A DNA stretch of 64,000 nucleotides from a virus. Positions 19,197 through 29,594 of this stretch are shown here, piece by piece. How positions within the stretch are numbered: position 1 is the stretch's first letter; every line of letters starts with the position of its first letter. Location: the IMG/VR virus record IMGVR_UViG_3300034060_000856, positions 34,694 to 98,693 of that record; one strand, 5' to 3'. The notes under the pieces are model-generated. The model saw only the letters and a program-made list of their open reading frames with translations, searched no databases and was not told the origin of the DNA. The position numbers and the translations under genes were made by a program.

Positions 19197-21416
19197 ATGA
19201 AAAAAATAGATAACATATTATTTGAAGAACTAAACCGAATTAAAGCCCTTTTAAACGAACAAAGTGTAAAAAGTGATAGACTAGGTACAACAGGACAATT
19301 TCAAAGTTTTGTTCCACAAACACCAAAATTTAAAGGTAAATTAGTTCCATCTTTATCACAAAATGAACAGTATAGATCAAAATTTTTGAAGGATCCTTGT
19401 GAACTTTCTGGTGTTGATGCGTTTTATAGACAAAAAATGGTTGACGTTCCTGGGTACTATTCCGATTTTAAATTAGGGGAATGTTCTGCTGTGGAGTATT
19501 TTGGAGGACAAGAAACCGCACTAAACACTATGAATATTAATAGAAATATTTACCAAGACGAACAAGGTTATTTTTTTAAAGTAAATACAGAAGGTAGTAC
19601 TAAAGAAACACAATTTGACGTTTCAATATACTTACCGCAAGATGAGTTTTTTAAACAATTACAAGGCAAAGCTAAATCATTTATTACTTTTTCTACGTGT
19701 CCTGCGGCTTGTAAATACAAACAAGGTCAACAATTAAATGATGATGAACAAAGTTCTAGATATGTACTTTTGTATCAATTAGCTGATCCTAGTAAAGCCA
19801 CAGAAACTAGTATTGCAACGCCACAAGGAATACAAACGTTTGGTTTAGAAACTATAGATAGAGGTTGGCAGTTCTCAACCGTAAATGTTTTAGAATCTGG
19901 TTATTACTCGGTTTCAAATCCAGAACAAATGGCAACTTCAGAAATAAAAGAATATACAAGCACTGATTATGGTGAAAATCAAGCTAGAAGTGAATTTGAT
20001 ATATGGTATGATGGTACTGCCGGTACAATAGCTCAAATAGGTATTGCCGTATTATTATCATACGTAACAGCTGGCGCAGCCGCTCCATATCTTGCCGCAA
20101 TTGAGTCACAAGGCGCTAGAATTTTTGCAAATTTAGCTTTGCAAACAACCGTTGAGTTAACCGTTGCAATACCTGAAGCGGTATATCTTTACGGTAGAGG
20201 AATGAACAGTAATGCGGCCTTTGTGATAATGCTATCATTAATTCCAGTTGTACAAGCAAAAGTATTTAAAGGTGAATTTGCGGATCCGGCAGCATTTGGT
20301 TATGTCCACGAATTAACAAGAAGATATGGTACTGGTCAGTTTAAAACACCGGCGGATTTAAAAAGATATGTAAATAGTTTAGGAAAAACAGAAAAAGCAT
20401 CTCTTGAAAAATTATTAAAAGGGACACAGGATGCTTTAATTGCTAATGGTGGAAAAATGGCACAAGAAGAAGTTGCTGCAGTTATGGGGCTTGTTTTAAA
20501 AAATTCAGATACTGGAATAAATAAAATTGGATTTAGTTTAGGTCGTGTTGGTTATGAACAAATTATAGCACAATATGTACCAACCGCAACTCAAAATTTG
20601 ATTAAAAATGCAACATCTTTATTCGGGACACTTGGGTCAACATTATTGATCCACCCAATTACGGCATACCTAATAAAAGATGCCGATTGGGTCAAAAATC
20701 CACAAAAAATAGATATTGCACAAAAAACTTTAGAAAAGATTTTTAATTCTCAAAAAGATAAAAATAAAGAAAAAGTACAAAAAGAAGTAAAAGGTTTACA
20801 GACAAAAATAGAAAAAGCAGCATATAATCAAAATAAATCAGAGGTCATCCAACCTATTTACGATTTAATTTTTTATATAGACGATTTATTAAAAATTGCG
20901 GAAAATAAGATAGTACTTGGACAAAGTTTAGAAGTTTTAAAAACCCAGTATAAAAGTGTAATAATTGGTCAATTACTATCGGAAATTGCTAGGGCTATTT
21001 ATGAAGAAATGAAAGCTAGTCAAGGGGCTTCTTCTCCGACTGCGAATTATTTAGACCAAAATGGGTTACCGGTATCAACAAAACCTTGGTTTGAGATTCA
21101 GATCGAAACTTGTAAATCTGAAGAACTTTATAAAATGAAACAACTAAACTTTACAAATATTGATAATCCTAGTGATATTGAAATAAAAAGAGCTTGTTCA
21201 TTTAGAGATTTTATTAGGTCAACATATCCTAGTATGGCTAATTTAAAACATTGTGGTTTTTATGAAGAAGGGGAACAAGTTCCACCACCAAAATGGTTTT
21301 ATATAAAAGATTGTGAATTTAAGAAAATTTGGAATGGGGTTGAAACTAAAACCAATAAAAGATATTGTGAATTGTGGCTAGAATCGTTAATTAACAAAAA
21401 AAAACAAAAAGTATAA
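19197..21416 (+). CDS. large protein with central hydrophobic helices (putative ejected/internal virion protein)
   Basis: ILFEELNRIKALLNE leader; GTIAQIGIAVLLSYVTAGAAAPYLAA. Confidence 0.6.
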   Translation: MKKIDNILFEELNRIKALLNEQSVKSDRLGTTGQFQSFVPQTPKFKGKLVPSLSQNEQYRSKFLKDPCELSGVDAFYRQKMVDVPGYYSDFKLGECSAVEYFGGQETALNTMNINRNIYQDEQGYFFKVNTEGSTKETQFDVSIYLPQDEFFKQLQGKAKSFITFSTCPAACKYKQGQQLNDDEQSSRYVLLYQLADPSKATETSIATPQGIQTFGLETIDRGWQFSTVNVLESGYYSVSNPEQMATSEIKEYTSTDYGENQARSEFDIWYDGTAGTIAQIGIAVLLSYVTAGAAAPYLAAIESQGARIFANLALQTTVELTVAIPEAVYLYGRGMNSNAAFVIMLSLIPVVQAKVFKGEFADPAAFGYVHELTRRYGTGQFKTPADLKRYVNSLGKTEKASLEKLLKGTQDALIANGGKMAQEEVAAVMGLVLKNSDTGINKIGFSLGRVGYEQIIAQYVPTATQNLIKNATSLFGTLGSTLLIHPITAYLIKDADWVKNPQKIDIAQKTLEKIFNSQKDKNKEKVQKEVKGLQTKIEKAAYNQNKSEVIQPIYDLIFYIDDLLKIAENKIVLGQSLEVLKTQYKSVIIGQLLSEIARAIYEEMKASQGASSPTANYLDQNGLPVSTKPWFEIQIETCKSEELYKMKQLNFTNIDNPSDIEIKRACSFRDFIRSTYPSMANLKHCGFYEEGEQVPPPKWFYIKDCEFKKIWNGVETKTNKRYCELWLESLINKKKQKV

Positions 21417-21497
21417 ATCAAAAAACATAAATAAAAAAAAATAGATTTTATTATATTTTTTTTATTTATTTAATATATTTATTAAAAAATGTAAAAT

Positions 21498-23525
21498 ATG
21501 AAAAATTCAAAACTACTCCTTGAGGAGGTTTTTAGAATGCGCGAACTTATGGGGTTTCCCTCAACTGATAAAGTCTTAAATTTATTAAAAGAAAGTGTTG
21601 GTGAAGGAATAAATGATTTTTGGAAATTTTTAGGGAAGGAATTAGCTTCTACTACTGACGAAGCAACAAAACTTACCAACATACAGAAGGCCTACGATGG
21701 TTTAGATGCTTTAGACAAAAATACGATTGACGAGTTCATAAGAATTAAAAGAGGAGTTAGTGGTAGCTTTACAATCACCGATTTGATGAGTCTTTATAAA
21801 ACTAAAGGATTACAACAATTAGTTAATGATATGGCAAATGATCAAGCACGATTACAACAATTACTTATAAAAAACCGTTTTAGCTTTAATATCCGTCCTG
21901 GTGAAAATATTATTACTTCAACAACAAGACTTTTAAACGATCCAAATATCTCAGATGAGGTAAAAGGAATTTATCAAAAAACACAACAAATGGCAAAAAA
22001 TCCTAGTGAAGTAGTTGGTGAATCAGAATTGGAGGCCTATTTAACCCAAATGGTTAAATTTAAAAATTCCCCAGAGTTCAAAAAGTTGAGTTCAGATGTA
22101 CAAGACGATATAAATAAAACGTATGACGAATTGAATGCCATACAAGTTAAGGCTGAAAAAGAAAGAATTGCTTTTGAAGCGTCGATTGAACCTGGTAGGT
22201 ATGATGACGATGTGTTAGCTGATGTTGACACAAATCTTGGTGATGATTTTGAAGCAGAACAAATCATAACAAGAGCTGAAGATGAAGCCGGTGATGCCGC
22301 AAGAGGTGCTGATGAGACTGGTGGTCGAACATATAGTATGCCAGAAGTAGAAGAAGAACGAATTGTAGAACTATCCATAGATGAAATAAGGACTCAAAAA
22401 TACACCGGTATGGATGATATGTTATTAAAACAAGAATATGCAGTATTGATTGCAGGTATTAAAGGTAATAAAGTTAAATTCCCATTTGATAAAAACGTCC
22501 TAGCTCTATTCAAAGAAATGGAACAAAGAGGTTTATTAAAAAATGATGATCTTGTTGGTAATATTTTAGCTAGTAACATCACAATGAACCCTAATGTTAT
22601 TGCAATGCAAAAATTATTATCTGAATATGAAATATATAAAAAGAAAATGTTGAAAGACAATGTTAAAATTGTTGGTCCTGATGGTATCCTTAAAGATAGT
22701 GCACCATTAGATTTTGTTGATTGGGCAATTAAAAATAAAAGAACAATACCAACTAATGTAAATTCACAAACTTTACTAAATAAAACTTCGGAGTATTTAG
22801 ATTTTGTTTTTCTATGGCCACTTAGAAGACTCATTGGTAAAAGTACAGAGCAAGGAAGTTTCTCTAGAGCTTTACTTAATTTATTATTAGGATATGGGGG
22901 TGGAGCATCTCTTGGTTGGGGTTTTTACGCCTCTTTAAAAAGTTATGGTCAAGCTGGAATTAGTTTTTTGGATTCAACACCTATCGCACAAAAACAAGCA
23001 ATAAAAACTGGTTTAAAAACTTACTTTACTTATGATAATCCTCAATTAATTATTAATGGTGAAACAGAGTCTATCTATGGTACAAGTATTGACCAAAGTA
23101 GACAAGCAAACATACAATTTAAAAATGCCACACCAACACCAATTTTTGATTTAGATATTAAACAAAGACAGTTTTCATTGGATCCTGGCATAGTAATAAA
23201 GGGTAAAACATATAATGCATTTCTTATTAATTTTGGTGAAGGTAATTTTATTACACAAGGTTCAGAAAATTTTGGTAATAAAAATATATTAGTTGCAATA
23301 ACCCAATCAACTAAAACACCTACAACCACAACTCAAAAAGGAACAGAAGCAATTTTTAAAACCTCAAATTTCGCACAAGGTAAAACAATAACAGCATTTG
23401 TTTATAAAGGAATTGTAAATAACAAAGAACAATACGAAGTGAAATTCTATTCAAATACAGATCCTGATAAAAATGTAGTATCAAGAACATATTACTTTGA
23501 TGGTACTAATTGGACAAAAAATTAA
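21498..23525 (+). CDS. large helical protein with hydrophobic segment (putative internal virion protein)
   Basis: LLLEEVFRMRELMG leader; TATTTAT upstream. Confidence 0.6.
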   Translation: MKNSKLLLEEVFRMRELMGFPSTDKVLNLLKESVGEGINDFWKFLGKELASTTDEATKLTNIQKAYDGLDALDKNTIDEFIRIKRGVSGSFTITDLMSLYKTKGLQQLVNDMANDQARLQQLLIKNRFSFNIRPGENIITSTTRLLNDPNISDEVKGIYQKTQQMAKNPSEVVGESELEAYLTQMVKFKNSPEFKKLSSDVQDDINKTYDELNAIQVKAEKERIAFEASIEPGRYDDDVLADVDTNLGDDFEAEQIITRAEDEAGDAARGADETGGRTYSMPEVEEERIVELSIDEIRTQKYTGMDDMLLKQEYAVLIAGIKGNKVKFPFDKNVLALFKEMEQRGLLKNDDLVGNILASNITMNPNVIAMQKLLSEYEIYKKKMLKDNVKIVGPDGILKDSAPLDFVDWAIKNKRTIPTNVNSQTLLNKTSEYLDFVFLWPLRRLIGKSTEQGSFSRALLNLLLGYGGGASLGWGFYASLKSYGQAGISFLDSTPIAQKQAIKTGLKTYFTYDNPQLIINGETESIYGTSIDQSRQANIQFKNATPTPIFDLDIKQRQFSLDPGIVIKGKTYNAFLINFGEGNFITQGSENFGNKNILVAITQSTKTPTTTTQKGTEAIFKTSNFAQGKTITAFVYKGIVNNKEQYEVKFYSNTDPDKNVVSRTYYFDGTNWTKN

Positions 23526-23536
23526 TTTAAGTAAAA

Positions 23537-25555
23537 ATGGGTAAATGTAAAGGTAAAATAGTAGACTGTGATGGACCATATGATTGTTATGATCCGTCTG
23601 ATGATGAATGCTATAAAAATGTTGGTAATTCAAAACCACAACCAGTGCCAGATAATAATAAGAAAAAAACAACTCCGATACCAGCACCAGTACCAAAAAA
23701 TGTCTGTAAGGATGACTACGGTATTGAAATATCTGATAAATTTTTCGATCCGGAAATGAAAACAGAAAGGGGTATTAAAGCTTTTAAAGACTTTTTAAAA
23801 AAATATTATCCAGAGTTAGTAACAAGAATTGCAGGTAGTCCAGATAATTTAGATAAAGCTAAATATAATGATTGTATTGTTATTAAACTTTTCAATACAT
23901 CTGATCCAGTAAGAAACAGAATTATTGGTGATTATGTGTATGATGATTGGAAGGACTTTGTTAATGGTTGGGAAAACTCAACAAGTAAAACACCTGAAGA
24001 ATTTCAAACCTGGTTGAGGCGTGAAAAAAAATCAAGTGGGAAAATAAACGCAACAAAAGAAGATTGGGAAAAAATAGTTGGCGAGGGTTGGTTTTCATCT
24101 GGAGGAAGAATATCAGAAATAAACAACAATACGGTTCTTCTATATAAGTACGATTCTCAAGATAATATACTTAAATTTGATGCTTTAACCGAAACAGGTG
24201 AACTTGATTTTGAAAAGATCAAATCTGATTTAGAAGTTAAGGATGGTAGTATTAGTTATTATTATAATACATACCCAGTTGATTATACTGGTGATGTATT
24301 ATACCCTAAAATTTCTGATGAATATCAACTCTATTTAGGTGAAACAGGTTCTTTAAGAACAAAGAAAACAGCAACTATTGGTCTTGAGAGTCCTGTTGTA
24401 CTTAAAGAAAACTATTTTAGAAAATTTCTTTTAGAAAAAATAAGAGAAAAGAATGTATATAAGACTATTTTTGTTGAGGATATAAAAACACCACAGACAT
24501 CACAACCAACTGTTATTGGAAAACGTGGTGGTACTAAAATCAATACTGAAACAAAAACAGAAACAGATGTTTTCGGGTTAAACAATCCAGAAAATAATTT
24601 GGTAACTACCGAAGCAAAAAAGAATTTCATTAATACTAAAACACCAACGATTCAAATTCTAATTAATAGAGGTGCGAGATCAAATGACTTTTTAGCTTGG
24701 AATACACTAGCTGCTTCATTGGATGCTACAGAATTGACATATAAAGATAAAGACGGTAAAGACATAACAATTGATGAAAATAATTCATTTAATGTTGGCG
24801 AACCAGCACAAAAGGGTCAATATACTGAACAACCATTTTATAATGTTTTAAATATAACCGGTAACGAATTAAACACCGGAAAAATTTACACACCAATATC
24901 GGTTACAAATAAACAACCATATATAGATGTTAAAGTAAGTATTCCTTTTTGTAGAACACAATTAATTAATTATTTAAAAGACGGTTTAAGTCAAAATTAT
25001 TCAGGTAATCCCCAACAAAATTGGAATAGAAAATATGAAATCTGTGGTTGTAACCAAAGAGGTGGATATGAACCATTTAAATTCTATCGTAAATTACCAC
25101 AATTCGGAAAAAATCAAACTGGTCGTGAAAAACTAGATGTAAGACCAAATTCTTCTGTCTTTACTCAAACTGACAAGATTATAAATCCGGAAACGGGAGA
25201 GGAAGAAGTTTTTGTTGGTGATGTTGGGGGATCAGCGTCTCCATTTATACCGGTACTCAATAAGAAATTAAATTGGGAAGAAATAAAAAACATACTTAGC
25301 GGTGGGATTTATAAAAGTAGAGATGGTGTTAATAGAACAATTGATTCAGAATTAGTTATAGCTGGTTTTGACGAAGGTGGTGATTGTGTAAGTAATAAAT
25401 TTATAAGTGCATACCCATATAAACCAACAACAGAAATACAAAAAGAATCATTTGATGAAAGAATTGATAATAAACTTTTAGAGTCAATTAAAGATAAAAA
25501 TAAAAAAGAAAGTATAATAGAGAACGTTCTTAAAAATTTACTAAAAGATAAATAA
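23537..25555 (+). CDS. large hypothetical protein
   Basis: 672-aa ORF; Cys-rich N-terminus. Confidence 0.6.
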   Translation: MGKCKGKIVDCDGPYDCYDPSDDECYKNVGNSKPQPVPDNNKKKTTPIPAPVPKNVCKDDYGIEISDKFFDPEMKTERGIKAFKDFLKKYYPELVTRIAGSPDNLDKAKYNDCIVIKLFNTSDPVRNRIIGDYVYDDWKDFVNGWENSTSKTPEEFQTWLRREKKSSGKINATKEDWEKIVGEGWFSSGGRISEINNNTVLLYKYDSQDNILKFDALTETGELDFEKIKSDLEVKDGSISYYYNTYPVDYTGDVLYPKISDEYQLYLGETGSLRTKKTATIGLESPVVLKENYFRKFLLEKIREKNVYKTIFVEDIKTPQTSQPTVIGKRGGTKINTETKTETDVFGLNNPENNLVTTEAKKNFINTKTPTIQILINRGARSNDFLAWNTLAASLDATELTYKDKDGKDITIDENNSFNVGEPAQKGQYTEQPFYNVLNITGNELNTGKIYTPISVTNKQPYIDVKVSIPFCRTQLINYLKDGLSQNYSGNPQQNWNRKYEICGCNQRGGYEPFKFYRKLPQFGKNQTGREKLDVRPNSSVFTQTDKIINPETGEEEVFVGDVGGSASPFIPVLNKKLNWEEIKNILSGGIYKSRDGVNRTIDSELVIAGFDEGGDCVSNKFISAYPYKPTTEIQKESFDERIDNKLLESIKDKNKKESIIENVLKNLLKDK

Positions 25556-25695
25556 TAAGAAACTTGTTTGGTGTAGTTACCGAATAAGGATAAACCATCT
25601 AAAGAAAGGGAGGTGTTCAGTTTATCTAGCAGAATAGGAGCTTAGGTTCCTATTTTGTTTTAAGGTTGGGCTATATTTATTATTAAATATCTTTT

Positions 25696-26292
25696 ATGTT
25701 TTCAGTGGTAATACCAACAATGTGGCAAAGTGAATATCTTTTACTTATGCTACCAATATACGAAAATTGTGATTTAGTAGTGGAAGTCATATTGATAGAT
25801 AATGCTTTTGAAAAAAAACCGAATTTAACAGATTTTAAAAAAATTAGATATTATTCAGAATTTAAAAATATTTTTGTAAACCCAGCATGGAATGTTGGTT
25901 ACAAACTGGCTAAACACAAAATCATTTTAGCAAATGATGATATATTAATTGAAAATTTAACAGAAGTTTTACAAGAAATAAAAAATTCTAATTTTGATAT
26001 TATAGGTGTTAGTTGGGAGCAAAGTAACACTTTAAGAATTGAAGAGATTGACGAATTTAAAAGATCCGGATTTGGATGTTTTATGTATGTAAAACATTAT
26101 ACAACAATTCCAGAAAATTATCTAATATTTAGAGGTGATTATATTTTATTCCAAAATAACACTAGGAGGGGTGAATTATTCAATCCAAAGATAAAAGGTG
26201 AAATTGGTAAAACAAGAAAAAGCGATGAGACACTAAGAGAAATTTCATTAAATGATCTGTGTAAATATTCCCAAAACAATTTAAATGTATGA
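25696..26292 (+). CDS. GT2-family glycosyltransferase
   Basis: FSVVIPTMW, EVILIDN, NPAWNVG, ANDDI. Confidence 0.8.
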   Translation: MFSVVIPTMWQSEYLLLMLPIYENCDLVVEVILIDNAFEKKPNLTDFKKIRYYSEFKNIFVNPAWNVGYKLAKHKIILANDDILIENLTEVLQEIKNSNFDIIGVSWEQSNTLRIEEIDEFKRSGFGCFMYVKHYTTIPENYLIFRGDYILFQNNTRRGELFNPKIKGEIGKTRKSDETLREISLNDLCKYSQNNLNV

Positions 26293-27260
26293 ATAAAATT
26301 TTTGACATAACGGTTGTAATCCCAACGTATAATAACATTGAATATCTTGAAGAAATGCTAGAGTCTATAAATAACTCTAAACAAAATTATACAGTTGAGG
26401 TTCTAGTTGGTATTGACGGTTGTAAAAAAACTTTGGACTTTGTTAAAACCAATTTTTTTGACGAGAATGTAAGGTTTCTTTTTTTTGAACAAAATGGTGG
26501 CCCGTATACAATAAAAAATACCCTAGTACAAAAAGCAAGTGCGGAAAAAATAATTTTTTTTGATTCTGATGATTTAATGTCAGAAAATTTAATACCAAAA
26601 ATAATAAAGACATTGGATTTGTTTAAGATTTGTAAATTTCGTTATAAAAACTTTATTTATAATAAAACTGATAATTATAAACAATCGGTTTCATATGGTG
26701 AAGGTGTTTTTGGTATAACAAAAAGTTTATTTTTAGAAATGAATGGGTTTGAGCCTTGGATTTGTGCTGCAGATAGTGATTTTTGGGGTAGGGTATATAA
26801 ATCAAATGTAAAAGCTAGATTTATAAATGAAATATTAATGCTTCGCAGAATACATAATAATCAATTAACAAAAAGAAATGATACTGGAATGCGATCAACT
26901 TTGCGAGCTTATTATTGGAAATTAAGTAAGTCAAAAAGAGGAAATGGTAACCCATCTTTTTTGAGTGTTCGAAAATACTTTGAAATCCACGATGTTAATT
27001 CAGAAAGATTAAAATTTGAACAAATTAGTATTTTAAGAAAAAAGGAAGTTCTAATTGAGAGTGTAAAATCGGTATTAATGTCTAACAATTTAATTGTTCC
27101 ACCATCGAAACCAAAAAAACAACCTCCAGTCGAGTTAAACTACGATCTTGTAAATAAGTTAATGATAAAAAAATTAAATCAAACTCAAGAACAAGAAAAA
27201 AAACCAAGTTTAATCCCAGATAGACAAAATCTTTTTGATTTAAAAAGAAAAAAGGTTTGA
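26289..27260 (+). CDS. GT2-family glycosyltransferase
   Basis: VVIPTYN, VGIDGC, FFDSDD, GFEPWICAADSDF. Confidence 0.88.
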   Translation: MNKIFDITVVIPTYNNIEYLEEMLESINNSKQNYTVEVLVGIDGCKKTLDFVKTNFFDENVRFLFFEQNGGPYTIKNTLVQKASAEKIIFFDSDDLMSENLIPKIIKTLDLFKICKFRYKNFIYNKTDNYKQSVSYGEGVFGITKSLFLEMNGFEPWICAADSDFWGRVYKSNVKARFINEILMLRRIHNNQLTKRNDTGMRSTLRAYYWKLSKSKRGNGNPSFLSVRKYFEIHDVNSERLKFEQISILRKKEVLIESVKSVLMSNNLIVPPSKPKKQPPVELNYDLVNKLMIKKLNQTQEQEKKPSLIPDRQNLFDLKRKKV

Positions 27261-27300
27261 TATATTATATAATATTTTTTATCTTTATAAAAAAGAAAAT

Positions 27301-27480
27301 ATGTACGTAATAGTTAAACACATCAAATTAGAGGAAAGTAAAAAAAGAGTTCCTGTTATCTTACTTAATACTCAAAGTGAAATTTGGGAATTTGACACAG
27401 AAAAAGAGGCTGAAAAAATGAGAGAAGTTTTTGAATTAAATTCAGATTCGGGACATATTTACGAAATTAAAAGGATTTAA
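27301..27480 (+). CDS. small hypothetical protein (59 aa, absent from ORF track)
   Basis: MYVIVKHIKLEESKKRVPVILLN... Confidence 0.55.
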   Translation: MYVIVKHIKLEESKKRVPVILLNTQSEIWEFDTEKEAEKMREVFELNSDSGHIYEIKRI

Positions 27481-27612
27481 TAAAAATGTTATACTATGGA
27501 AGAAATACTTGAAGAAATCCATTTTGAGTTTGTTGATTCGGACGATTTCATACATTTTATAAAATTATTGGTAGAATTACAACAAACTGAAGATAACTGA
27601 TATTTATTTTAT

Positions 27613-28044
27613 ATGAAAGTAAGATTAACTGAATCAGAATTAGTTTCTTTGATAGAAAAAATCATCAAAGAAGAAAGAACAACTATGGATGATATTAAAT
27701 ACATACATCCAGAGACAGGGAAAGAATGTCTTATAAAAGTTGCAAAACACAAATATACAAATAGGTTTGGTGCTGAATATGGATCTATTTTGGTTTGTGA
27801 TGAATATGGTGATGGTGAATATATGACCGTTGCCGAATTACCAATTAATGGTTCTAGTTTTGAAGAGGTGAGTGATATGATATGTAATAATCTTGAACGA
27901 GTATTTGAGATTTTAAACAAAATGTTAGCTGGCGAAAGTGAAGAAATAACAGAAGATTATAGTAAATACAGTAAATGGGATGTTATAGACCAGCCTATTG
28001 TTTGTTCAGGTAGACCAAAAAGGAAAAGAAGTTGGGAAGCTTAG
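27613..28044 (+). CDS. hypothetical protein with leader
   Basis: MKVRLTESELVSLIEKIIKE. Confidence 0.6.
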   Translation: MKVRLTESELVSLIEKIIKEERTTMDDIKYIHPETGKECLIKVAKHKYTNRFGAEYGSILVCDEYGDGEYMTVAELPINGSSFEEVSDMICNNLERVFEILNKMLAGESEEITEDYSKYSKWDVIDQPIVCSGRPKRKRSWEA

Positions 28045-28925
28045 TTAATGACAATTAATTTTTGTTTTTCTTTATAAACTAAACAACCAAAAATTCGTTC
28101 CATTGCATGATTTGGTGATGGTTCGTAAACATAACCACTTGGAAGTGTTGTTAATATTTTATCTATATTATTTGGGGTTAAATATTTTTTTAAAACACTG
28201 TTTCTAACCCAGAAAACGGTACCACCAACAAAAAAACAATTATTGTGGTTATTAGGTGTGTTAAAAATTCTAAAAATAGAGTTCATTTCTTTAATATTTG
28301 TTGAAAAATTATTATATTGTTTAAATCCAACCATACCACATTCTGGATTATGTTTAAATTCATTTAAAATATTATTAACTTTTAGTTCGTTTAATAATAC
28401 ACCATCCATTAAACGTTTAAACCAACCATTACCTGAATTTTTTGCTGCAACAATACCTTTATTTAAGACACCTCTTGACGGTGTTTGAGTACTACCCAAA
28501 CCAGCTTTAGTGTGTATTTTTAATATTAAATCAGTTTTTGGATCTACGTGTTTATAGGTATATAAAAAACCACCAATATCAACACCTTTATTTGGTGAAG
28601 ATATTATTTTAGCGTTTGGTTTAAACTTTTTTATTCTATCCTCAATCAATATATTATTTGTATACTTTCTCTTTTCTTTAATTCCGTGTTTTAAATAGTG
28701 TCTAATAGCTAGAGGTTCTGTTTTAACACCATTTGGTATAAGGTCTGGATTTAAACTTGTGTATTTGGACCAGATAAAATCTGCCGGAAGATTATTGTCA
28801 AATTGTGTTTCTTTTATTGGTAAATTCACATATAAATCATATTCTACTTTTAAATTATTCAAATAAGGTATAATTTCTTCCCACATATTTGTATGATATA
28901 AGTGAATACAGACAGCAATTTTCAT
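28041..28925 (-). CDS. RgpF/rhamnan-synthesis-F-like glycosyltransferase
   Basis: IHLYH, NKGVDIGGF, LKIHTK, FVGGTVFWVR, HAMERIFG. Confidence 0.8.
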   Translation of the reverse strand: MKIAVCIHLYHTNMWEEIIPYLNNLKVEYDLYVNLPIKETQFDNNLPADFIWSKYTSLNPDLIPNGVKTEPLAIRHYLKHGIKEKRKYTNNILIEDRIKKFKPNAKIISSPNKGVDIGGFLYTYKHVDPKTDLILKIHTKAGLGSTQTPSRGVLNKGIVAAKNSGNGWFKRLMDGVLLNELKVNNILNEFKHNPECGMVGFKQYNNFSTNIKEMNSIFRIFNTPNNHNNCFFVGGTVFWVRNSVLKKYLTPNNIDKILTTLPSGYVYEPSPNHAMERIFGCLVYKEKQKLIVIN

Positions 28926-28946
28926 ATTTAATAAATATGTAAAAAT

Positions 28947-28981
28947 AAATTTGGTAGATTAAAAAATTATTTATACTTTTG
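28947..28981 (+). promoter_or_regulatory. Bacteroidota sigma70-type promoter (copy 1)
   Basis: TTTG-N20-TACTTTTG. Confidence 0.7.
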
Positions 28982-28985
28982 TTTT

Positions 28986-29291
28986 ATGATAACATTTAAG
29001 GATATAGAGTTTATACCACATCCAACTGGTGAAGGATCACAAGGACTGATTTTTTTTCCTGGTGGATACGGACTTTCAGTTGTTAGATTTAAACATCCTT
29101 ATAATGTCAGATATTCGTCTTACACAGATGATAAAACCTGGGAGGTTGCAATTTTAAAAGGAACAAAAAATCATTGGGATATCTGTTATGATACAGAACT
29201 AACAAATGATGTTTTGGCTTACCAAACAGAAGAAGATATAAATAAAATAATTAAACACGTTCAAAGATTATATAACGATGAAAATAATTGA
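28986..29291 (+). CDS. hypothetical phage protein
   Basis: GYGLSVV...WEVAIL...YDTELTNDVLAY. Confidence 0.65.
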   Translation: MITFKDIEFIPHPTGEGSQGLIFFPGGYGLSVVRFKHPYNVRYSSYTDDKTWEVAILKGTKNHWDICYDTELTNDVLAYQTEEDINKIIKHVQRLYNDENN

Positions 29292-29394
29292 GATCACATA
29301 TCAAGAAATTAAGATGGCTACAAGACCAAATGTGTATCGTAATAAAAAAAAATACACAAGAAAAGAAAAGTTTAAAAAAAATTTGGTAGATTAA
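29278..29394 (+). CDS. 38-aa basic peptide, weak ArfA/BrfA-like motif
   Basis: RPNVYRNKKKYTRKEKFKK; absent from ORF track. Confidence 0.4.
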   Translation: MKIIEITYQEIKMATRPNVYRNKKKYTRKEKFKKNLVD

Positions 29395-29413
29395 AAAATT
29401 ATTTATATCTTTG
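29379..29413 (+). promoter_or_regulatory. Bacteroidota sigma70-type promoter (copy 2)
   Basis: TTTG-N20-TATCTTTG; first 29 bp identical to copy 1. Confidence 0.7.
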
Positions 29414-29417
29414 TCTT

Positions 29418-29570
29418 ATGATTACGTTAGAAAACATTGGAAAGTTTAAAATGTCTTACGATTTAGCTAGACAACAAAAAAAAGAAACCTTTATGTTCGA
29501 AGGATCTGAAGTACTTGTTGGTTATGCAAAATATGTAATCCAACATTTTGACGGTCTTTTAAAAAAGTAA
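29418..29570 (+). CDS. small hypothetical protein (50 aa)
   Basis: MITLENIGKF...FEGSEVLVGYAKYVIQHF, directly after promoter. Confidence 0.55.
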   Translation: MITLENIGKFKMSYDLARQQKKETFMFEGSEVLVGYAKYVIQHFDGLLKK

Positions 29571-29594
29571 ATTTGTTAAATTAAAATTTGTATT

